Virus record (IMG/VR): IMGVR_UViG_3300000176_000003
Location: 64,001 to 99,158 of that record
Direction: 5' to 3' (one strand)
Length of the DNA: 35,158 bases
From: a virus
Taxonomy: Duplodnaviria; Heunggongvirae; Uroviricota; Caudoviricetes
Under the pieces are notes generated by a model. That model worked only from the letters and a program-made list of their open reading frames with translations. It was not told where the DNA came from and ran no database searches. Below are positions 24,429 through 31,115 of this stretch, piece by piece. How positions within the stretch are numbered: the stretch's first letter is position 1; the number at the start of each line of letters is the position of its first letter. A program made the position numbers and the translations under genes.

Positions 24429-25333
24429 TATTCCTCAATAACTTCGACCCAGGTTTCTGGAGTAAGACAACACGATTTAACAGCACTTTGAAAATGTTTA
24501 TAAAAAGGTATAACTCCAGTATGACTAGCGTCACCATTACGAATGGGACTGCCAATAGCCCTAATACGACCAGCACCAATACCAATCCCAGCCTTTTGAC
24601 TAACATACTTAACGACTGCTGCAGATGTTGCATTGATGGAATCGAGTGAGTCATCAGTTTCGATAAGGACACATGAGCTAAACTGCCTTTGAGGCGTGCG
24701 AACTCCAGCCATAATAGGAGTAGGAAGGCTAATATCAAAAGTGCTAATGGCATCATAAAATTCCTTTACCCATTTAAACCGATCTGTTGTGTATTTTGAA
24801 AATAGAGTCATTGCGATAAGAATGAATGACATTTGTGGTGTTTCATAGAACTTGCCCGTTACGCGGTTCTTAACAAGATACTTACCGCGAAGTTGTTCCA
24901 TTGCCGCATAAGTCAGCAATTCGTCCCGAGAATGATCAATCAATGTGTCAGCAAACTTCCATTCGTCTGCAGTATATGCATCGAGTAGCTGACGATCATA
25001 ATAACCTTCCTTTACTACATGTACGACATGAGTATATAGATTATCAGGAGTAAACCTACCATAAACTTCCTTACGAAGATTATAATTGATTAGGCGTCCC
25101 GCAACATATTGATAGTTTGGATGTTCTTCAGAAATCAATTCGGCAGTAGCCTTAATTAGAGTTTCTTGAATATCGGTTGACTTAATATTATTATAAAACT
25201 GAATCTGTGATTTAATTTCAATTTCAGATACAGATACTCCAGATAGACCTTCACATGCTTGTTCAACTACCTTATGGAACTTGTTTAGATTTAACGGTTC
25301 TTTTGTTCCGTTGCGCTTAGTTACATTAATCAT
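24428..25333 (-). CDS. nrdA: RNR alpha subunit fragment a (ATP cone, C225-equivalent) + IntN
   Basis: VTKRNG.KE ATP cone, ETPQ, SLPTPIMAG, QFSSCVLI and GIGIG motifs. Confidence 0.95.
   Translation of the reverse strand: MINVTKRNGTKEPLNLNKFHKVVEQACEGLSGVSVSEIEIKSQIQFYNNIKSTDIQETLIKATAELISEEHPNYQYVAGRLINYNLRKEVYGRFTPDNLYTHVVHVVKEGYYDRQLLDAYTADEWKFADTLIDHSRDELLTYAAMEQLRGKYLVKNRVTGKFYETPQMSFILIAMTLFSKYTTDRFKWVKEFYDAISTFDISLPTPIMAGVRTPQRQFSSCVLIETDDSLDSINATSAAVVKYVSQKAGIGIGAGRIRAIGSPIRNGDASHTGVIPFYKHFQSAVKSCCLTPETWVEVIEE
24431..24469 (-). mobile_element. NrdA split intein N-half, 13 aa (CLTPETWVEVIEE)
   Basis: It follows KSC of the conserved KSC|SQGGVRGG site, has a block A-like CL.PET.V, and is followed by TAA. 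Confidence 0.85.
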
Positions 25334-26004
25334 ACTTCATCCTTGGTGTTAAAATAATCTGTTAGTGCTGGGAAACTATTTAGGACTACTTCCTTACACT
25401 GTTCTGCAATACTGCGATGTTCTAGCTGAGTAGCCTTATCAGTACGAATTTCGATATAATGCACCCACGAACGAAGTGTGCCCGCCATATAAAGAGTAGA
25501 CCCGGTCATGCCCTCTGGTAGAATTGCGCGAGCCTGTTCCTTAGCAATACCCTTGTTAAGTGCCCACTCATATGTCTCTTGGATTTGTGCAAGTAAACTA
25601 GCTTGGCGCATACGAAAATCTTCCGCAAGACGACGAGATTTTTCATCATCACCCATAACAATTGAATTTTGACGATTCTTATTATCTTGTGTGCGGGCTT
25701 CCCGAAATTCAAAATTATCAGCTACCGCATATCGTTGAGAAAATTCTTGGAATGAAAATGACCGGTGACGCAGAATTTGACGAGCAATATCACGAGTAGT
25801 TTTAATTTCCATCGTAAGACTTACCATCTCCAATGGTGACCAATGGGCATTGTTAATAAGATACTTGACTAGCTTAGGGGCAGTTTCTGTATTCATTTGA
25901 TTAGCCGGATTAGATACTCGGGCAGCATATGCCACTAGATCGTTCGCATCCTTTACACCTTCAATTGTTGGTTGTGTAATACCAATTAGCTTCACATCAG
26001 ACAT
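25330..26004 (-). CDS. thyX: FAD-dependent thymidylate synthase
   Basis: HWSPLE, RHRSFSFQEFSQRYA and KEQARAILP motifs. The start is set at MSDVK (GAGGT RBS). Confidence 0.95.
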   Translation of the reverse strand: MSDVKLIGITQPTIEGVKDANDLVAYAARVSNPANQMNTETAPKLVKYLINNAHWSPLEMVSLTMEIKTTRDIARQILRHRSFSFQEFSQRYAVADNFEFREARTQDNKNRQNSIVMGDDEKSRRLAEDFRMRQASLLAQIQETYEWALNKGIAKEQARAILPEGMTGSTLYMAGTLRSWVHYIEIRTDKATQLEHRSIAEQCKEVVLNSFPALTDYFNTKDEV

Positions 26005-26021
26005 TTTTACCTCAAACAATA

Positions 26022-27041
26022 TTATTGTGTTTTTTTCCACTCATTAAATTTTAATGTTGCAGTCATACCAGTATATATATGCGAATCAATAATGTCAACA
26101 ATTTGTTTCTGAGTCATCCCACCCAAAACCATATCATTAATATCCTTATATTTCATATCAGAAGGCCAAATACATACTCCATAACCACTATTGATAGCTT
26201 GTCGAATACGCTTCACAATATCAACATTTCTAGGCTCATTATCGTATACATATACAGCATTTTCGTTCAAAAACTCCTTATTATTCATATCTGCTCCAGC
26301 CATAGCAATAGCATTAGGAACAAACATTGAATCGATTGGACCTTCTAGAATATAATAACGCCTAGTTTGATCCACAGTATCCAGACCAAAAGTCTTCAAA
26401 CGATCTTCAAGCATGATGGTGATATACCGAGCTTTATCATTAGGATCAAAACTACGACCCTGATAACCAAACATGCGCCCATCCTTATCTAGGAATGGAA
26501 TGACAAGTCTTGGGGTACCTTTCTCTGGATTAAGCTTATTGGGGATCATCGTGTTGGTCCACTTAGCATAATTAGAACAATAGAATAGTTTAGAATGATA
26601 TTCATTAGGAATCATTCTATTCAACACATATTGTTTTGCGGGATGATCCCACTCAAGTTGGGAAATCTTCTTAAGTTTAAGAAGGGGTGATCCAACCTTT
26701 AGAAATTCTGGGTACTTAAAAACCTTTGGCTTTTCTACTTCAACTTTTTGTTTTTTATCATTGTCACCATAAGTTTCTAGAACATATTGCTTATAAAGCA
26801 CAGGATCTAGTTCTCGTAGGAATGAACTAATGTTCCTACTAGCGCCACAATTAAAGCACTTAAAGATAATTGAATCTTGTTTTTGAAAAAAGTTTCCCCT
26901 AGTTTTTGAAGAATCTTTCTTGCTATCTCCGCAAATAGGACATCTAAAATTTGCTATATAAGGATTATAGGACTTAATCTTAAATCGTTCTAACCTAGTG
27001 GAAACCAAATTGGCAAACTTGATATCTACCCAAGAGGACAT
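26022..27041 (-). CDS. gp61: DNA primase
   Basis: N-terminal CPICGD...CFNC zinc finger, RLVIPF...QGR, and TOPRIM EGPIDS and DNEPRN motifs. Confidence 0.95.
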   Translation of the reverse strand: MSSWVDIKFANLVSTRLERFKIKSYNPYIANFRCPICGDSKKDSSKTRGNFFQKQDSIIFKCFNCGASRNISSFLRELDPVLYKQYVLETYGDNDKKQKVEVEKPKVFKYPEFLKVGSPLLKLKKISQLEWDHPAKQYVLNRMIPNEYHSKLFYCSNYAKWTNTMIPNKLNPEKGTPRLVIPFLDKDGRMFGYQGRSFDPNDKARYITIMLEDRLKTFGLDTVDQTRRYYILEGPIDSMFVPNAIAMAGADMNNKEFLNENAVYVYDNEPRNVDIVKRIRQAINSGYGVCIWPSDMKYKDINDMVLGGMTQKQIVDIIDSHIYTGMTATLKFNEWKKTQ

Positions 27042-27076
27042 TATAATCTCCTATAAATCATTAAACCTATATGAGG

Positions 27077-27105
27077 ATTATATATTATTTTTAAGGCGTG
27101 TAAAG
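27077..27105 (-). promoter_or_regulatory. Early/sigma70-like promoter for the primase-thyX-nrd operon
   Basis: CTTTAC-17 bp-TATAAT, at the switch from late to replication genes. Confidence 0.55.
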
Positions 27106-27107
27106 AA

Positions 27108-27536
27108 CTATTTTATCAAAACATGCGGCAGCACGGATTTTGAAGCGAGATATAGGTCTAAGATAAAGCCCAAAGCTATCGCACCTCCAACAACAAGAAG
27201 TCTCCAATTTTCAATTTTATTGGTCTTTTTTGTAATGGTGTTTAATTGATCACAAATTCTTTTTTCTATAGCTTCCATATCTTTTGTGATTTTGTCTTGC
27301 ATTTTTGTATGTTGTGTGGCAGCTTCTTCTCTACGCTTTTCTAATTCTACATAAATATCTCTTAGCGTAATTTCTTGTTGATTAATCTTAGTTTCATGTA
27401 CTGCGAGCAACTGTTTAATAGAATTAGACACATCTGTCAATTTTTCTATCGTCGTATCAAGTCGATCAAAAAGGCCCGTCATTTGAGATAACTGTTTCTC
27501 CAATACTGCAACACGAGTTTCTACATTTTCGGCCAT
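27108..27536 (-). CDS. Coiled-coil protein with a C-terminal transmembrane helix (lysis-cassette associated)
   Basis: RVAVLEKQL coiled coil and WRLLVVGGAIALGFIL TM segment. Confidence 0.6.
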   Translation of the reverse strand: MAENVETRVAVLEKQLSQMTGLFDRLDTTIEKLTDVSNSIKQLLAVHETKINQQEITLRDIYVELEKRREEAATQHTKMQDKITKDMEAIEKRICDQLNTITKKTNKIENWRLLVVGGAIALGFILDLYLASKSVLPHVLIK

Positions 27537-27537
27537 G

Positions 27538-28077
27538 TTAAAATGCTCCTTTGACTTCTGGTTTTTTGGCGTTTAGTTTATCAACCGCTGTTTTATTTTC
27601 AGAAATCCAATTTTGTAGTGCAGTTAATTGGGTGGCGTTTTTGGTACAGATTGCGTAATTGTTGACGATGGTTGTAAGGGCTTCATTGTCTTTAATGCCT
27701 GAGGGGGTTGCATCAGAGCTTCTGGTGGCGTCGGCATCACCGTTTGTGGCACTAGTGTCGTGGAGATACACCCACCCATTAGAAAGCTCAAACTGATTAG
27801 GCACAGCGTTTTCTGCAACGTTAACATACTGTATTTCCTTTTCATGAATAGTATTTATTTTATCAACATATTTTACTACAACTTTATTACTAATGTTGGT
27901 ATTTATATCTTTGAGTGTCAATGCTTGCTTTTCAAAACCACCCATAAGATTAGCAATTTTTAGCTTATATGAAGTAGATGCTGCATCATAACCCTTTACA
28001 TAACAAAAGATGCTCGCTGATAATAGTAATACACCAATAATAGCAACTCTATAGGGTAGGGGTATCAAATTTAACAT
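27538..28077 (-). CDS. Rz-like inner-membrane spanin
   Basis: N-terminal TM, helical periplasmic part, and an embedded lipoprotein gene in another frame. Confidence 0.75.
   Translation of the reverse strand: MLNLIPLPYRVAIIGVLLLSASIFCYVKGYDAASTSYKLKIANLMGGFEKQALTLKDINTNISNKVVVKYVDKINTIHEKEIQYVNVAENAVPNQFELSNGWVYLHDTSATNGDADATRSSDATPSGIKDNEALTTIVNNYAICTKNATQLTALQNWISENKTAVDKLNAKKPEVKGAF
27624..27845 (-). CDS. Rz1-like outer-membrane lipoprotein spanin embedded in Rz (start may be 27827)
   Basis: Signal peptide with lipobox-like LMGG|C, Pro-rich 48-aa mature part, and AAGGA upstream of the second Met. Confidence 0.75.
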   Translation of the reverse strand: MKRKYSMLTLQKTLCLISLSFLMGGCISTTLVPQTVMPTPPEALMQPPQALKTMKPLQPSSTITQSVPKTPPN

Positions 28078-28088
28078 TGAGAACTATC

Positions 28089-28316
28089 CTAAGTTTTTGG
28101 TGCGAATTTTTCAGCGCCAGTAATACCCAAACCAGAAATGATTATATACATAATAGAATGTATGATTTCTGAATCAATAACTGCCTTGTAAAATACGTGC
28201 GCAAAAAACCCTACAGCATATAGTATTACGAAAAATAGCGTAAACCATCTTTTTGATGATGGAGTTCCCTCACAATCATTCATAATACCTTTTAGATAAT
28301 TTAATACTCCATTCAT
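28089..28316 (-). CDS. Putative holin
   Basis: 75 aa with two hydrophobic helices, located between the endolysin and spanins. Confidence 0.7.
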   Translation of the reverse strand: MNGVLNYLKGIMNDCEGTPSSKRWFTLFFVILYAVGFFAHVFYKAVIDSEIIHSIMYIIISGLGITGAEKFAPKT

Positions 28317-28328
28317 ACCAATTCCCCT

Positions 28329-28946
28329 CTATGATCCAAGCAATACTATATATTTATGAGTTAACGTTTCTCTATCAACAAGACCAAGGGTACCACCATT
28401 AATTTTTTGAGTTACTTGAGTAATTGTTATATTGTCTGTACCACGATCACAAATTGACCAAATATGATTTTTATCAAAAAACCATAAAGCAGAATCAAAG
28501 GCAAATTCGTCGGCTATTAAATCTGGATTACTCATGATATCTTGGCGATTGCAATAATTAGCAAACTCTTGATACATATCTTTTCCGGTTAATTGGATAG
28601 CACCGCGCCCTCGATATTTGTATCCATCACCAGAATTTTCATCACCATTACCCATACGATTAGCATAAACTTTATTTGCAATTTTTTCTGGGTCGTATTC
28701 ATAAGAAAGAGCTAAACTATGAGTCGGATAATATTTCTTGAATATATCACATAAAGCATCGGCGGAATAATTTAGATTTTCTGAAAAACTTTTAAACCCA
28801 CCAGTTTCATGATATGTTTGCGCAAAGAAATGTGCTGCTCTATTATTAGAAAGTTTATAGAAAGCAGCAGCAGCCTTAAGCGTATTGGAACCCCATACAC
28901 CATCCGCAGTAATACCAATTTTTCTTTGTAAATCAGCAATATTCAT
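28329..28946 (-). CDS. GH19 (chitinase-like) endolysin
   Basis: AHFFAQTYHETGGF..ENLNYS, YRGRGAIQLTG and KINGG..GL..R motifs. Confidence 0.93.
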   Translation of the reverse strand: MNIADLQRKIGITADGVWGSNTLKAAAAFYKLSNNRAAHFFAQTYHETGGFKSFSENLNYSADALCDIFKKYYPTHSLALSYEYDPEKIANKVYANRMGNGDENSGDGYKYRGRGAIQLTGKDMYQEFANYCNRQDIMSNPDLIADEFAFDSALWFFDKNHIWSICDRGTDNITITQVTQKINGGTLGLVDRETLTHKYIVLLGS

Positions 28947-28956
28947 TCTGAGTAAA

Positions 28957-29169
28957 CTATTTTATATTAATACTGCCAGAAACTCTTCTAAATTGTTTAT
29001 TGGCATCTTTGACATAATTTGCTTCGTCTTTAGCACCCTGCTTTTGATATGTGCCCTGAAGTTTCTTTGCTACTGGAACGGTTTTATCTAAATTGTCACC
29101 AGCACCAGAAACCCCAGATGTTGCTGTAGCTGGAGCACCATCTTCCATAAAAAGTTTGAAATTGATCAT
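28957..29169 (-). CDS. Hypothetical protein
   Basis: 70-aa ORF beginning MINFKLFMED, an N-terminus typical of T4-like head-targeted small proteins. Confidence 0.55.
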   Translation of the reverse strand: MINFKLFMEDGAPATATSGVSGAGDNLDKTVPVAKKLQGTYQKQGAKDEANYVKDANKQFRRVSGSINIK

Positions 29170-29561
29170 TAGATGTTCCTTAATGCGTCTTCTATATTTT
29201 TGTCAGATATAATTTCTTTATTTGATATATTTTTTGGGATAAATCCAATATTATTTATAAAACTTGGCATGTAACCAAGAAATTCTAAGAAAGGTTTTAA
29301 ATATTCATAAAATTCGGGAAGTTTAAAAAAAAGTATTCGGCCGGCGTGAACTGGGCCGAATACATTACATAAAACTACAATATGATTTAATATAAGACGC
29401 TCTTTAAGTTCTCCAGTTTCCTGATACTTATTAAATAGCCTTTTAATATATTTAATACGCTTTAAGTCATCATAAAATTCCAGAGTATCAAAACACTGGG
29501 GGTTATCATAATACTTGGCGCAATATAATAAAAAATTCGTTTCATCAAGTTTTTCAAACAT
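29169..29561 (-). CDS. Conserved T4-like hypothetical protein
   Basis: YYDNPQC...EFYDDLKRIKYIKRL...ELKERLILNH motif. Confidence 0.75.
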   Translation of the reverse strand: MFEKLDETNFLLYCAKYYDNPQCFDTLEFYDDLKRIKYIKRLFNKYQETGELKERLILNHIVVLCNVFGPVHAGRILFFKLPEFYEYLKPFLEFLGYMPSFINNIGFIPKNISNKEIISDKNIEDALRNI

Positions 29562-29563
29562 TA

Positions 29564-29821
29564 TTAAGTCAATCTAATTTGTATCGTCCCGGCAGAAGTG
29601 TAGTATAACGATTTAATTGCTACGTTAGCGGTACTGGCGGCGGCATCATTAGCATAAGGGCCTGGAATAGCTCCACCGACACCGCGCACTAAAGATAAAA
29701 AAGACACAGAATTAGATGTTGGTGTACCAGATAAGTTTCTGGTTACCACAAACAGATCCGTATTTGATAACGAATTTGTTGATGGTAACGCAGAAACTTT
29801 AATGTCAGTATTTACAGTCAT
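29564..29821 (-). CDS. Small virion structural protein, putative
   Basis: KVSALP...DLFVV N-terminus and YANDAAA...LYYTSAG motif. Confidence 0.55.
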   Translation of the reverse strand: MTVNTDIKVSALPSTNSLSNTDLFVVTRNLSGTPTSNSVSFLSLVRGVGGAIPGPYANDAAASTANVAIKSLYYTSAGTIQIRLT

Positions 29822-29823
29822 AA

Positions 29824-30945
29824 TTATGAATTAGGGAATTGAGTATTATCAGCAGAATTTTCTGAAGCCATGTGAACACAAACTAATGTTTCATAATTAA
29901 TACGACCAGCGCGACCACCAAGAGTATTAACAGTTACCGATCCGCCAGTTGATGATACTAGGTTAGCTGTAGTAAATGTCGCACCAGTACCAAGAGAAGC
30001 ACCACCAGTTGAGTTAGCAATTGTAATAGCTACTGAGTTGTTTGCTGCTGTATTTGAGAATAGACCAACATTAGTAATGGTAAAGGTTAATGAACCACCG
30101 GTAGCATTTGTTGAAACTGAAGCAGTAGCATTTGTAATACCATTAGCAACTGTTACAACGTCTGTGTTATTATATCCAGTAGCTGTACCAGTATAGTTAA
30201 TTGCTACGCCGCTATTAGCAACATGTTTTTCGCGGTTAAATGCTACTACTACGTTTGTATTAACATCAAAAATACCACCTTTAGTAATTGCAACAGAAGA
30301 AATATTGCCTGTTGCATTTGATGTTATAGTTAGAAGACCTAATGATGAACCATTTGAAAGAGTGATAGTTTCGCCATTAGCAATATTAGAACCACCACCA
30401 TCAGACACCGCTGTTACTGGACCCTCACCTACAGTACGCTTTACCCATCCTTGGTGATATCCGCGTGATGTTACAGAAGTTTCAGTATGATCTACACCGA
30501 ATACGCCAACAGCTTCGTTATTAACAAATGCTGATACTGTTGTATTTCCATACATTTCAATACCAGAAAGTCTTTGATCTACTGTTGCTGTAAATCCAGT
30601 TACTGTAGTATTACCTGTAGCTGAACCATAAGAGGTATTTGTAATAGCAAATCCTAGTACACCAGCAACAGTATTTGAGCTAAATGAACCAGGAGTAATC
30701 TTTGATACCGCTTGAATAAAGCCACTAGTATTTGTAAATAGTGCAAATGTTGCGTTTGAATATGTTGCAGAGGTTCCAGCATTTACTACTAGAATATCTG
30801 TGTTATTATATGATGCCCCACTTGGAAATACAATTTTGGATGCTGGACCAACGTGATTATATTTTACAGCATATATTGGTGCTGCTTCTACACCCTTATA
30901 CTTTGGTGCATTATTTGCTTGGTCTAAATTACCCCATAGTGCCAT
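29824..30945 (-). CDS. Virion structural protein (T/N/G-rich, internal repeats)
   Basis: MALWG start, YNNTD...TNxTG repeats, C-terminal GRAGRINYETLV, and a GATAAATA promoter variant upstream. Confidence 0.65.
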   Translation of the reverse strand: MALWGNLDQANNAPKYKGVEAAPIYAVKYNHVGPASKIVFPSGASYNNTDILVVNAGTSATYSNATFALFTNTSGFIQAVSKITPGSFSSNTVAGVLGFAITNTSYGSATGNTTVTGFTATVDQRLSGIEMYGNTTVSAFVNNEAVGVFGVDHTETSVTSRGYHQGWVKRTVGEGPVTAVSDGGGSNIANGETITLSNGSSLGLLTITSNATGNISSVAITKGGIFDVNTNVVVAFNREKHVANSGVAINYTGTATGYNNTDVVTVANGITNATASVSTNATGGSLTFTITNVGLFSNTAANNSVAITIANSTGGASLGTGATFTTANLVSSTGGSVTVNTLGGRAGRINYETLVCVHMASENSADNTQFPNS

Positions 30946-30968
30946 GATAAGTCTCCTTGTTGTTTTTA

Positions 30969-31115
30969 TTATTTATCATTAGAGAACTTTCTATTTTCTA
31001 TTTTATAGATAGGAACATACTGCACTCTAACATTTACAGTTTGCCCTTTTTTTAATTCTTTTACTGGCTGACCGCTATTATCAACGAGAACGATCTTTTT
31101 AGATATAGTATCCAT
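30969..31115 (-). CDS. Small hypothetical protein (48 aa), missing from the ORF track
   Basis: Manually translated as MDTISKKIVLVDNSG...; TAATG-coupled to the upstream ORF. Confidence 0.5.
   Translation of the reverse strand: MDTISKKIVLVDNSGQPVKELKKGQTVNVRVQYVPIYKIENRKFSNDK

Noticed and set aside
302-25333. terL and nrdA as pseudogenes or assembly frameshifts
   Set aside because: The breaks coincide exactly with intein block boundaries or charged tails. Every fragment has a start context and intact catalytic motifs, and the overlaps are stereotyped. Read-level confirmation is still desirable.
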